Assembly (NCBI GenBank): GCA_965215125.1
Contig: OZ244052.1
Location: 64,001-128,000 of the forward strand
Length of the DNA: 64,000 nt
Source of the DNA: an uncultured candidatus Porisulfidus sp.
GTDB taxonomy: Bacteria; Pseudomonadota; Gammaproteobacteria; Poriferisulfidales; Oxydemutatoraceae
Direction of reading: 5' to 3'
Position numbers and translations under genes: made by a program. A model generated the notes under the pieces. That model was not told the DNA's origin. It saw nothing but the letters and a program-made list of their open reading frames with translations, and ran no database searches. How positions within the stretch are numbered: position 1 is the stretch's first letter; the number at the start of each line of letters is the position of its first letter. Below are positions 28,553 through 38,083 of the stretch, piece by piece.

Positions 28553-29283
28553 GTCTCAAACTTGATCCAATCGTCTTTGTATGCTATAAGTTTCAAAATA
28601 TGTTCGGCTTCAATCACCGGAATTTTTACAGCTATCCTAAACTTATGCATTGTTATCGGGATTTTATAGTATATCGTAAATTGCGAACCGTGTGGTTGCC
28701 AAGTGAATTGTCGCATCTCGGTCTTTCTATCGTAGCCCTCAAAATTTCCTCTACTGTTCACAATCCATCGGTAATTATCGGGTATATAGCGGTGCGCTTC
28801 ATATTCAAATAAAACAAACTCGCAAGTGTTCATATTCCTTACTAATACGATTATTCGTAAATCATCGTATTCGTTCAATGCTTCATCTAAGCGGTTATTC
28901 CAAATCTTAAGAATCGCCTGCCCCGTCAAGTTAACATCTTTACGCGGATCAGATATGCCAAGTGAATAATCCGGTGAATTACGCCCCGATATCAGTCGCA
29001 AGGCATCGGCTTCAAAAGGTTTTTTGTGTTGTACTGTTTTAACCGACCATGCACATTTGTCGCTAACTGCATCAATCAAACCTAAGGGGCTATTTTTATA
29101 GTCTCCTTTTATGGCTTCGGCGAATATTCTACCGAAGTCGTCGCCTGTTATATTTTTGTAACCTATTGCTAATTGATGGACAATCTTTCTACCAATCACA
29201 AAAACCACCTTGCGAGGTATCTCACCGAGTGGATAAGGACTACTTCGCCGCTTTACATTTCCTCTTAGCTTAAGTTTGGGCAT
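28549..29283 (-). CDS. Putative type II restriction endonuclease
   Basis: Overlaps the end of the C5 methyltransferase gene; D...SVK nuclease-like motif; AT-rich. Confidence 0.65.
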   Translation of the reverse strand: MPKLKLRGNVKRRSSPYPLGEIPRKVVFVIGRKIVHQLAIGYKNITGDDFGRIFAEAIKGDYKNSPLGLIDAVSDKCAWSVKTVQHKKPFEADALRLISGRNSPDYSLGISDPRKDVNLTGQAILKIWNNRLDEALNEYDDLRIIVLVRNMNTCEFVLFEYEAHRYIPDNYRWIVNSRGNFEGYDRKTEMRQFTWQPHGSQFTIYYKIPITMHKFRIAVKIPVIEAEHILKLIAYKDDWIKFET

Positions 29284-30244
29284 AGACTTCCAATACCCCC
29301 TCTATTGCAGCACGAGCAAGAGGAATCGGCACTGCATTCCCTGTCTGTTTACGTATTTGACTGTCGGTGCATATAATCCTGAATTTATCAGGAAACCCCT
29401 GTAGGCGTAACATCTCACGCGGAGTCAATCGTCGTTCACCGTCAACGAGTAAGTAATTATGAGAAGCTCCGGCTCGTAGCGCACAGGAGAACGGATGACT
29501 GCTAACATTGCCTCCTTTATTTTCATGCCATATTCCGGGTTTATATCGTGATTTGTGTATTGAGTGTCTAGATTGCTTGATTCTATCCGATACAAAATGA
29601 CGAATATCAGGGTCTTTTTCTAATATCTTAGCCAGTGGTTTCATTGATACTTTGCGCATCGGCCAAGGGAAAATATCGAAATGTTTACGCGTTGCAACTA
29701 TCAAAACTCGCTCACGCTTTTGGGGTAAACCGAAATCGAGTGCATTTAATACCCGGTAATCTACAAAGTAACCGATAAGTTTCAATTCTTTAACGATACA
29801 TCGAAATATTCTTCCGTTATCAATGGTTAGTAACTGCCGAACATTCTCTAATACTACCGCTTTCGGTCGTTTAACTTCTATAATCTTCAGTAACTTAAAA
29901 AACAATCCACCTCGAGAGTCCGCTATACCTTGACGCTTCCCGATAATGCTGAATGGTTGGCACGGCGGACCCGCACATAGTAAATCAAACGAAGGTATTT
30001 TAGATAATTTTATACTATTTATATCACCCTCCGGTCTCATACCGAAATTAGCTTCATAAGTATTTCGGACTTTATCATCAATATCACAAGCATAAATACA
30101 TCTTAAGTTTAAGGTGGCAGAGGCAAAATGGAAACCACCAATACCACAAAAAAAGTCTGCAAATGTTTGTATCGGGTCGGACCGATAGTTAGGCATAGTT
30201 TTAATATCTGCCTTCATACTGTGCGCCGGAGTCTGATTTATCAT
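29270..30244 (-). CDS. DNA (cytosine-5) methyltransferase
   Basis: FCGIGG, PCQPFS, LENV, PQKRER, RLQGFP, GNAV motifs. Confidence 0.95.
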   Translation of the reverse strand: MINQTPAHSMKADIKTMPNYRSDPIQTFADFFCGIGGFHFASATLNLRCIYACDIDDKVRNTYEANFGMRPEGDINSIKLSKIPSFDLLCAGPPCQPFSIIGKRQGIADSRGGLFFKLLKIIEVKRPKAVVLENVRQLLTIDNGRIFRCIVKELKLIGYFVDYRVLNALDFGLPQKRERVLIVATRKHFDIFPWPMRKVSMKPLAKILEKDPDIRHFVSDRIKQSRHSIHKSRYKPGIWHENKGGNVSSHPFSCALRAGASHNYLLVDGERRLTPREMLRLQGFPDKFRIICTDSQIRKQTGNAVPIPLARAAIEGVLEVYAQT

Positions 30245-30309
30245 CTATTTAAGTATAAAAACGCTAGTCCGATATTTTACTCAAAGTTGCACGACTGCGC
30301 CTCGTCGCC

Positions 30310-31992
30310 TTAGGGTATTATTTTTTCATACAAGCGCATCAGATAATCACTTTCCGGGAAATCTATCAGTGCGTCTTTGAGTAACCGAGTCGCCTCCGCT
30401 TCCCTTTGCATAGACCATAAAATTTCAACCCAGTGACCCAAGATCTCGGAGTCGTGAAACATCGAAGCTGCCTTTTGTACATAGCTTTCCGCAAGTTCTA
30501 GGTTATTAAGACGAAATGCCAGCCAACCCATGCTATCTATGACCGCCGGTTCGGTTGGGTTTATCTCGTAGGCACGGTGTATATAGATGCTCGCATAATC
30601 TAAGCGACGGTTCAGGTCGACGAGCGTATAGCCCAAAGCATTCAAAGCCTGCCAGTTATCTTCGTCCAACTCGATAACACGCTCCATATCTTGCTCGAAC
30701 AAATTAAACTGCTCCATCTCCAACCACAACATGCCGCGAGAATAAAGTAAACTCAGCGAGTAGGGATAGCGTTCAATCGCTTCGTCGTATAAGCGTATCG
30801 CACGCTCCTTAAATCCACCTTCTCGCAATGCCGTCGTCTGCGCGATGTAATAACGTATCTGCTCGTCTTCGTCCTCGCTAAACTCTCGCAATGCTTCAAA
30901 CTGCTCGTCGGCTTTCTCGAACAGACCCTGCATTTGATAGATTTTAGCGATATTGAGCGTTGCTTCCGAACGCAAACCCTCTAATTTGACGGCACGGAAA
31001 TAATTTATTGCGGTCTTTAAATCGCCACGTTTCTCTGCAATCGTTGCTTTGTAATAAGTCGCTATTTCTGCATCGCCTCCCAGTTCGGAATAACGCGCCA
31101 GCAATCGCTCGGCATAATCTAGACGATTCTCGCCTATATTGAATATCGCATATTGCAATACGAATGTTAACCGATCCGGATTGAGGTCGTATGCCGCCTC
31201 GAAAAAATTCTGTGCCGGAATGATATGCCCGTAGTTTTGTAAGCTCAAAGCCGCCTTGGTTTGTAACAAAAAGCTCTGCGGATGCAGCGTTGCTTGCCGA
31301 CTCAACCACTCTAAGGCAACTTTGTCCTCGTTCAATGCAAATAATATATCCGCCTTCAATGCAATTGCGTTAACTAAATCGGGGTTATATACCAAAGCCT
31401 GATCTATCATGTTCAGTGCTTGTTGATAATTGCCGTAATAAAAGTTCAGATAGGCTTTCAGCCAATGAACGGCAGCGTGTTCGGGTACCGCTTGCTCTAG
31501 CTTTTCAAGTACTTCACGGCTTTTTTCAAATTCTATATGTCCTAATATAGGCAATACATGCCGAGTATCTAAATCCTCCTCGGAAGTAAGCAATACCTCT
31601 ATACGCCCTAAGGCTTCGGTATAGTCTTCGGTTTGCAAGTAAATCAATGCCATCACTTTGTTGAGTTCCGTATTTTCGGAATCGCCGGCATACCAATGTT
31701 CGGCTAAAGTTTTTGCTTTTTGATAATCCTCCACACTCACCGCCAATGCAATTGCCGAGCGATAAACATCCGCGTCTTGAGTTAATAATGCTGCCCGGTA
31801 ATAGTGATCCAAAGATTGTTCTTTGTCGCGATACTGTATCGCTATTTCGGCGGATAACAGCTCGTAAAATTGGTCCGATAGCAATTTGGTCTCGCGTTCC
31901 ACACTACCCATAGACGCGCACGACGTAGCAAACATCAGGATAAAAGAGGTGATGCCGTATCGGCGTAGATATATTAGAAAATTCAAAATCAT
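30310..31992 (-). CDS. TPR-repeat lipoprotein (family usually found upstream of lolB)
   Basis: Lipobox-like ATSC, LSAEIAIQ, ALNALGYTL, IDSMGW. Confidence 0.88.
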   Translation of the reverse strand: MILNFLIYLRRYGITSFILMFATSCASMGSVERETKLLSDQFYELLSAEIAIQYRDKEQSLDHYYRAALLTQDADVYRSAIALAVSVEDYQKAKTLAEHWYAGDSENTELNKVMALIYLQTEDYTEALGRIEVLLTSEEDLDTRHVLPILGHIEFEKSREVLEKLEQAVPEHAAVHWLKAYLNFYYGNYQQALNMIDQALVYNPDLVNAIALKADILFALNEDKVALEWLSRQATLHPQSFLLQTKAALSLQNYGHIIPAQNFFEAAYDLNPDRLTFVLQYAIFNIGENRLDYAERLLARYSELGGDAEIATYYKATIAEKRGDLKTAINYFRAVKLEGLRSEATLNIAKIYQMQGLFEKADEQFEALREFSEDEDEQIRYYIAQTTALREGGFKERAIRLYDEAIERYPYSLSLLYSRGMLWLEMEQFNLFEQDMERVIELDEDNWQALNALGYTLVDLNRRLDYASIYIHRAYEINPTEPAVIDSMGWLAFRLNNLELAESYVQKAASMFHDSEILGHWVEILWSMQREAEATRLLKDALIDFPESDYLMRLYEKIIP

Positions 31993-32121
31993 ATTAGTTT
32001 AGAGTCACAGAAACGAAAATCTATCGCTTATTATGCACTATTTATGCCTACAAGCCTGCGATTAATCGTTTTGTGATGCAAGTGTAGTATGATTATACTG
32101 CTTATTGGTTTTTATATTCAA

Positions 32122-33528
32122 ATGAATAAACTCAAAAAAAGGTTTTATTATCCAATGCGGTTGTGCGTATTGCTAATTTGCTTATATTGCGGATCGGCAC
32201 ACGCCGACCCTCATCGCTTGCCGGACATCGGCGATCCTTCGTATGCGACCATGAGCCTCGCCAAAGAGAAAAAACTAGGCAGAATCATACTCGCCGGAGT
32301 ACGCTCCCGGTTACCGATTATTGACGATATAGAAATACAGAGTTATCTACGCCATTTGGGAGAAAGGATACTCGCCCACAGTAAAGGTCAGGCTTTAGAT
32401 TTTCATTTCTTGGCGATTAAAAGTCCTGCCATCAATGCGTTTGCTACGCCCGGCGGTGTCCTGGCATTTAACGAAGGGCTCCTTTTGGCTGCGGAAACCG
32501 AAAGTGAACTGGGGGGTGTCGTGGCACATGAAATAGCACATGTCACACAACGCCACATCGCGAGATTACAAGCTCTGACCGAAGAGAGCTCTTTAATCAG
32601 CACGCTCACCCTCATCGGAGCACTGATTGCTGCCGCTTATAATTCCGAGTTGGCAGAATTAACTTTGTTCGGTGGAACGACACTGCCGATAGAAAGAAGG
32701 CTAAGCTATACGCGCAATTTTGAATACGAAGCAGATCGCTTCGGTATGCAACTCATGGCGGCTGCCGGACTAGACCCTGCCGGCATGCCTGCCTTCTTTG
32801 AAAAACTACAAAAACTAGAGGGAAGGAATCAACAAATAGAGTTTTTGCGCACCCATCCCCTGACGATCTCTCGCCTTTCGGAGGCGCAGACTCGCGCAGC
32901 CCGGTATCGTGGACATTTTGAGAAGGACAGCGAAGCATTTCATTATGCAAGGGCGCGCTTGCTTGCACTCCAAAAAACAACCGAAACACCCGAGCATTAC
33001 GACAACAATACCGAAAACTACTACAAAGCACTGAGTTTCATAGAAAGACAATCGCCCGGACAAGCTATTGAGTATCTAGAAAAAATCCCCCCTAATCAAC
33101 AACGCATACCGGTCAAACTCGCCTTCGCTCATGCCTATAGAACTATGGGAAATTGGGACAAAGCCATAGCCGTATTAAACAAACTGGATAGTCTGCATCC
33201 ACGACGCGCTCCCATAATCTATTACTTGGCATTGTGCTTACTCAAAGATCAACAAGCACAAAAAGCACTAGAGAAAATTAACGCTACTACATCGCTACAT
33301 GGGTATTATCCACAATTTTATCAACTCGGTGCGCAAGCGGCAGCGCAACTTGAGCGACACGACGTATACCACGAATACCTTGCCGATTACTATGCAGCCG
33401 AAGGTTATATAGAACCTGCGCTACGTCAACTTGACCTTGCCGAAAAAAGCGATACGCTACATCAATCGATACGCGCACGCATTGCGGCTAAACGCAAAGA
33501 CTTGGAAGAGTTTAGAAAAGCAATGTAG
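32122..33528 (+). CDS. bepA: M48 metalloprotease with TPRs (BepA/YfgC-like)
   Basis: LPDIG, INAFATPGG, HEIAHVTQRH, E.EAD, FLRTHPL; start uncertain (32089-32155). Confidence 0.88.
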   Translation: MNKLKKRFYYPMRLCVLLICLYCGSAHADPHRLPDIGDPSYATMSLAKEKKLGRIILAGVRSRLPIIDDIEIQSYLRHLGERILAHSKGQALDFHFLAIKSPAINAFATPGGVLAFNEGLLLAAETESELGGVVAHEIAHVTQRHIARLQALTEESSLISTLTLIGALIAAAYNSELAELTLFGGTTLPIERRLSYTRNFEYEADRFGMQLMAAAGLDPAGMPAFFEKLQKLEGRNQQIEFLRTHPLTISRLSEAQTRAARYRGHFEKDSEAFHYARARLLALQKTTETPEHYDNNTENYYKALSFIERQSPGQAIEYLEKIPPNQQRIPVKLAFAHAYRTMGNWDKAIAVLNKLDSLHPRRAPIIYYLALCLLKDQQAQKALEKINATTSLHGYYPQFYQLGAQAAAQLERHDVYHEYLADYYAAEGYIEPALRQLDLAEKSDTLHQSIRARIAAKRKDLEEFRKAM

Positions 33529-33551
33529 CGCGTTTATACTTATCTGCAGGA

Positions 33552-34160
33552 TCAAACTAGGCGACCACAACAATTCTTATATCTTTTGCCACTACCGCAA
33601 GGACACATTTGATTACGCCGCACCATCGTCGGAGAACGCGGAGATGCTCTTTGTTTATTGGATTGCTCTACATAATCGGTACCACCCAAAGACGGCACGC
33701 GAAAAGAAAAAAAAGTATTGCCGTCGCTGTGAGACACGCTACAATCTCCCATCGAAATGATATCCATTCCGATAATACATTCGATACCCGGATGAGGCAT
33801 TGCATGCTCTATCTCGGTCATCTCAACCTTAGCCATACGTACTTTGTTCGGAAGATAAACATCCAAGCCATAAAATAATTGTTGCTTATTGCTCTCTTCC
33901 TTGACGATAACTTCAAGTTCTAGTTCTTCGATTAGTTTCCTAGATAATTGCGACCGTGCTGCACCGGTGCTCCACATAGCACGGCATCTACGCCTGACAG
34001 GGTTTGAATAATTTCTCTTACCGAGTGTTGCCGGGCTTATCACTACATCGAATAAAATCACCGGCAGTTTGCCGTCCGCCCGCACCGTGAAAGAGGCACT
34101 TTTAGGCTTATCTTCGGACTTCGCCTGCTGCTTATTGTTTTTAGGCTTTTGCTTCTTCAT
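33552..34160 (-). CDS. Retropepsin-like domain plus SEC-C motif protein
   Basis: AMWSTGA and IIGMDII segments; C-terminal RNQMCPCGSGKRYKNCC. Confidence 0.8.
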   Translation of the reverse strand: MKKQKPKNNKQQAKSEDKPKSASFTVRADGKLPVILFDVVISPATLGKRNYSNPVRRRCRAMWSTGAARSQLSRKLIEELELEVIVKEESNKQQLFYGLDVYLPNKVRMAKVEMTEIEHAMPHPGIECIIGMDIISMGDCSVSHSDGNTFFSFRVPSLGGTDYVEQSNKQRASPRSPTMVRRNQMCPCGSGKRYKNCCGRLV

Positions 34161-34809
34161 AATCGCTCAGAAATTTTTTTAAGCCGGCATCGCTCAACGG
34201 ATGCTTAAACATTGCTTCGAATACGGAATACGGACAAGTTGCCACATCCGCACCGACCTGTGCGCATTGCTCTAGATGCTGCAAATTTCTGATCGATGCC
34301 GCCAAGACCTCGGTAGCAAACCCGTAATACGCAATGACATCGCAGATTCGTTCTACCAACCGCATACCGTCTCCGACTTGCCCGGCATCGTCCAACCGAC
34401 CTATAAAGGGTGAAATATAAAATGCACCCGCTTTAGCTGCAAGTATCGCCTGTGCAAGCGAAAATATCAGCGTGCAATTAGTACGTATATTCGCTTCTTT
34501 GAGCGTTTTTATCGCTTTTACACCGGCCTCGGTCATCGGCACTTTAACGACTATATGCGGGTCTATGCTTGCCAATTCGCGCCCTTCTTCCACCATCGCA
34601 TCGTGGTCAATGCTAATCACTTCCGCCGAGACATCACCGCCGACTATTTGACAAATCCGTGCATAATAATCGTGCAGAGATGCTTTATCTCGCCCGATAA
34701 CACCGGTTTTAGCAAGCAAGCTCGGATTCGTGGTCACCCCGTCTAAAACTCCGCAAGCGGCTGCCTTCTCGATCACCGCTATATCGGCACTATCTATAAA
34801 TAATTTCAT
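34141..34809 (-). CDS. Transaldolase / fructose-6-phosphate aldolase (TalC type)
   Basis: FIDSA, GVTTNPSL, VVKVP, YISPFIGRLDD, AASIR. Confidence 0.95.
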   Translation of the reverse strand: MKLFIDSADIAVIEKAAACGVLDGVTTNPSLLAKTGVIGRDKASLHDYYARICQIVGGDVSAEVISIDHDAMVEEGRELASIDPHIVVKVPMTEAGVKAIKTLKEANIRTNCTLIFSLAQAILAAKAGAFYISPFIGRLDDAGQVGDGMRLVERICDVIAYYGFATEVLAASIRNLQHLEQCAQVGADVATCPYSVFEAMFKHPLSDAGLKKFLSDYEEAKA

Positions 34810-36047
34810 AACTTGTCCTCGTTTGCTACTAAATCCAAATGCACCGGATGCGAAGCGTTCAATGCTCGCCTGCGTACGGGATTATGCCCTAACTGCTTCT
34901 GCCCAAAAGCCGAAGGCATACATTCTGCACCGTTTTGCAAATCTTCTAAAGAAGGCCCGCTAAAACGACAATACGAACTGTCGGTTTCGTAAATCAACAA
35001 CTCCGATAGATTGGGTAAATAATCTATTAATTGCTGCCAAATAAACGCACTCAATATCTCGGTGGACGACCGCCAACTCAGCGACGCATCGCTGAGATTC
35101 AGGCTTTTATGATCCAGTTTTTTGATAACTCGTTCTACTATCACGGCCTTCAAATAACCGTAATCCATTACGAAGCCATTATAAGGATCGATAACATCAC
35201 TGATCGTCACATTCAGCTTATAGCGTCCGCCGTGCAGATTAGCACAACTGCCGGGATGGTCGGTAATAAAATGTGCGGCATCAAAGACCAATTCTTTGGT
35301 GACCGATGCCCTAGGTGTCGTCGGATAAAAGCGCTCACCGGTGCATGGTAGTTCGTTCAGCATCGATTCTATCAGGTGCAACAGGGTGCGACTATCGGCA
35401 ATCGTTTTACTCCGCAACAATGCACCGCCGCCGCCGATTGCATCCAGCCTAATCAGATGAACCTTGAACGATGCTTTTAGTCTTCGGCAAACCCAATCGG
35501 CACAATGCGTATCGCGGTATCGCAAAAATAAATACTCACCGTAGAACTCCGCTTTGGTTGCAATGCTCAGCGCAACAAAATTTAAGAAATCGGCATCGTT
35601 CAGTCGTTCCAATTCCTTTGCGCCATAAATATCCAAAGGACGCTTCGGAGTCTTTAGACGATTCAAGGCGACAACTCTATGTGTATCGTCGTTGTAGATG
35701 TATTCCTGTCTAAACTCAAATCCGTAATCAAGCAATGCCTGCCGTAACCAAAACAAAAAGTCCAAACGCCTAATTTCACCGTGAATCGTATAAAAGTTAT
35801 CGTCATCGGACAACGCACCGCATGCATCCAACGCAGCGATCGTTAATTTTGCATCATCCGAAGCCGTTCCTTTAGGATAGCGATAACCGTCGGGGTCGTC
35901 ACCGGCATTGATTTGTGCGGGTGGCACGAGTATATCCAACGGCAATTTATGGCGCAGTGCGTATTCTTGTAGCGTCAAGCCACAGCATCGTGCCAAGTGC
36001 GCGTTGTCTAAAAGCGAAATCTCTTTGCCACATTCTAGGCATTGCAT
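34806..36047 (-). CDS. QueD/PTPS-domain protein with long N-terminal extension (Zn-finger-like plus unknown domain)
   Basis: C-terminal FDAAH...CANLHGG...GFVMDY...LDH..LN...E...YET; N-terminal CLEC...H...CC. Confidence 0.8.
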   Translation of the reverse strand: MQCLECGKEISLLDNAHLARCCGLTLQEYALRHKLPLDILVPPAQINAGDDPDGYRYPKGTASDDAKLTIAALDACGALSDDDNFYTIHGEIRRLDFLFWLRQALLDYGFEFRQEYIYNDDTHRVVALNRLKTPKRPLDIYGAKELERLNDADFLNFVALSIATKAEFYGEYLFLRYRDTHCADWVCRRLKASFKVHLIRLDAIGGGGALLRSKTIADSRTLLHLIESMLNELPCTGERFYPTTPRASVTKELVFDAAHFITDHPGSCANLHGGRYKLNVTISDVIDPYNGFVMDYGYLKAVIVERVIKKLDHKSLNLSDASLSWRSSTEILSAFIWQQLIDYLPNLSELLIYETDSSYCRFSGPSLEDLQNGAECMPSAFGQKQLGHNPVRRRALNASHPVHLDLVANEDKL

Positions 36048-36193
36048 AACTTTACCTCCATTTGAATCGTCCTTCGTATTGGCTAATTAGCTAATTATAT
36101 CAGCCTTTTGCTTGACAACTTTCCATGCCTTTAATTTCTCGGCTAAACTCCATGTTGCGTTCGCCGGACTACTAGAGGGCAATCTGTGATATT
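35894..36193. repeat. 300-bp direct repeat, left copy
   Basis: Aligns with 37239-37538 (offset 1345) with scattered differences. Confidence 0.93.
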
Positions 36194-36209
36194 GGTATGT
36201 GGAATTTAG

Positions 36210-36287
36210 AACTGTTAAAAAAGTATCCGATGTTTATATAACCGCAACGTAACCTACATGTGTAGGGGCGGACTAACATGTCCGCCC
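36210..36287 (+). repeat. Partial MITE end plus GTAG-type REP
   Basis: ACTGTTAAAAAAGTA resembles the 6088-6293 terminal repeat; 36262-36287 identical to reverse complement of 6200-6225. Confidence 0.7.
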
Positions 36288-36293
36288 TAAAGT

Positions 36294-37253
36294 TTAGTAA
36301 TTGCACGCATCCAATCGCTTTGCGCCACTCGATTCCGGGACTAGTCTGTTTTTACAAATGTTCACATAATTTGAATCTAACTCAAAACCTAGATACTGAC
36401 GCTCTAGTAATTTTGCTGCAATCAACGTCGATCCGCTCCCGGCAAAAGGATCAAGAACCAATTGCTCTTTTTTTGTAGTAAGTTCAATTAGTATCTGCAT
36501 TAATTTAATAGATTTTTGAGTCGGATGAAACCCGGATTCATTTTTTCCTAAACCACAACTAATGATATTATTCGGTTGATCTACGTATTTAATAAACGCT
36601 TTTTCGTTATATGCGCCGACATCATGCTTTAATACATTATCCGCTATTGTCCCTCCAATCTTATACGGTTTGGTGAACCATAATATCGGTTCATATATCG
36701 GGCGTAGATTACCGATCCGCCATCCGTCCCATGCTTGCGAAGATTTCTCATCGCCGCGTCTGGAGTAAACCACGCTTAATCTTTGCGCTCGGTGGGGTGC
36801 CTGAGTTTTTATCCATGCCAGCGCATCCTTAAAGATAAATCCGGCATCCTCCATAGCACAAACACATCTGTGTGAGAGCCTTCTGCCCGAAAATATGAAA
36901 ACGCTCGCTCCCGGTTTTATGACTCGAAACCACTCGGGAGACCATGTTGAACACCATTCTTGATATTTTCTAGGTATCTCACGATCTGCCCGACACCAAC
37001 CGTTAATCGGTTTTCTTCTTTTATGAAAAACAGTACCGGCTTTTTTTTGTGAATTGCTCGACCCTAAATAAGCCGAATTACTATTATCATGGAGAATGTC
37101 CCACTCATCCGTACCAATCCCATAAGGAATATCACTTAGAATTAAATGGACGGATTCATCTTCTATATCCTGAATTAAATCTAGAGAATTTCCCTGATAT
37201 ATAGCGTTTTTTTTCAATTTGTTAACTCTAGATGCCGAGGTCGTCGCCGGCAT
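36294..37253 (-). CDS. Orphan beta-class amino DNA methyltransferase, M.HindIII-like
   Basis: ILSDIPYG, WDILH.N.NSA, APHRAQR, NLRP.YEPILWF, HPTQK, VLDPFAGSGS; resemblance to M.HindIII is from memory. Confidence 0.88.
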   Translation of the reverse strand: MPATTSASRVNKLKKNAIYQGNSLDLIQDIEDESVHLILSDIPYGIGTDEWDILHDNSNSAYLGSSNSQKKAGTVFHKRRKPINGWCRADREIPRKYQEWCSTWSPEWFRVIKPGASVFIFSGRRLSHRCVCAMEDAGFIFKDALAWIKTQAPHRAQRLSVVYSRRGDEKSSQAWDGWRIGNLRPIYEPILWFTKPYKIGGTIADNVLKHDVGAYNEKAFIKYVDQPNNIISCGLGKNESGFHPTQKSIKLMQILIELTTKKEQLVLDPFAGSGSTLIAAKLLERQYLGFELDSNYVNICKNRLVPESSGAKRLDACNY

Positions 37254-37392
37254 TGATTTGCGACGGTGGCACGAGTATATCCAACGGCAATTTATGACGC
37301 AGTGCGTATTCTTGTAGCGTCAAGCCACAACATCGTGCCAAGTGCTCGTTGTCTAAAAGCGAAATCTCTTTGCCACATTCTAGGCATTGCAT
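37228..37392 (-). pseudogene. Duplicated 5' fragment of the QueD-fusion gene (54 aa Zn-finger-like peptide)
   Basis: MQCLECGKEISLLDNEHLARCCGLTLQEYALRHKLPLDILVPPSQINAGDDLGI*. Confidence 0.7.
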
Positions 37393-37538
37393 AACTTTAT
37401 CTCCATTTGAATCGTATTTCGTATTGGCTAATTAGCCGATTATATCAGCCTTTTGCTTGACAACTTGCCATGCCTTTAATTTCTCGGCTAAACTCCATGT
37501 TGCGTTCGCCGGACTACTAGAGGGCAATCTGTGATATT
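37239..37538. repeat. 300-bp direct repeat, right copy
   Basis: Aligns with 35894-36193. Confidence 0.93.
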
Positions 37539-37959
37539 CCAGATTAAGGTCGGCAGGTAGCGTATGCAATATGTATTTGCGATAGACTTGTTCGGCTTTG
37601 CCACCGTTGAAAAAAACCGAATGAATTGCAGTATATTTGTTGAAAAAAGTATTGAAATCATTGACTCTGATACTCTCTTCGACGATATCCGAATCGAGGC
37701 TCCCGCAACGCATGCAACCGGCAATTACATCCCACAATGCGATACGATGATCGCTTAGGTTGCGACAGCGGTCGGCGTAGCATCGCTTTGCGTCTGTGCC
37801 GAATAATGCGCCCATAATTAGCCAAAAGTGATTTCTCGGATGCGCATAGTATTGATGGTCGGCGAGCGATGCGGTACTCGGCATAGAACCGAGTATCAGT
37901 ATCTCGGCACTTGAGGTTACGATAGGTGGAAAGGCTTTTAACCTAGCTTCGGTCATCAC
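37432..37959 (-). CDS. DNA-deoxyinosine glycosylase (UDG superfamily)
   Basis: LILGSMPS..SL...QYYAHPRNHFW, GSLDS.I, FFNG, LPSSSPAN. Confidence 0.92.
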   Translation of the reverse strand: MMTEARLKAFPPIVTSSAEILILGSMPSTASLADHQYYAHPRNHFWLIMGALFGTDAKRCYADRCRNLSDHRIALWDVIAGCMRCGSLDSDIVEESIRVNDFNTFFNKYTAIHSVFFNGGKAEQVYRKYILHTLPADLNLEYHRLPSSSPANATWSLAEKLKAWQVVKQKADIIG

Positions 37960-38028
37960 GGTTCAACCCGTATCGCTCATCGTAAGCTACGGTGAGGCGT
38001 GGGTCTATATGCGATTATCCGAGGAATA

Positions 38029-38066
38029 TAAAAAACCCCGAAAACAAATAGTTATCGGGGCTTTTT
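38029..38066 (-). terminator. Probable intrinsic terminator after fae
   Basis: AAAAAACCCCGA...TCGGGGCTTTTT hairpin with A/T tracts on both sides. Confidence 0.6.
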
Positions 38067-38083
38067 AGCTTTCTTTCAAAGTT

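Noticed and set aside
34806-36047. Intein or active homing endonuclease in the QueD fusion
   Set aside because: No intein splice-junction motifs seen, and the LAGLIDADG-like motifs are degenerate.
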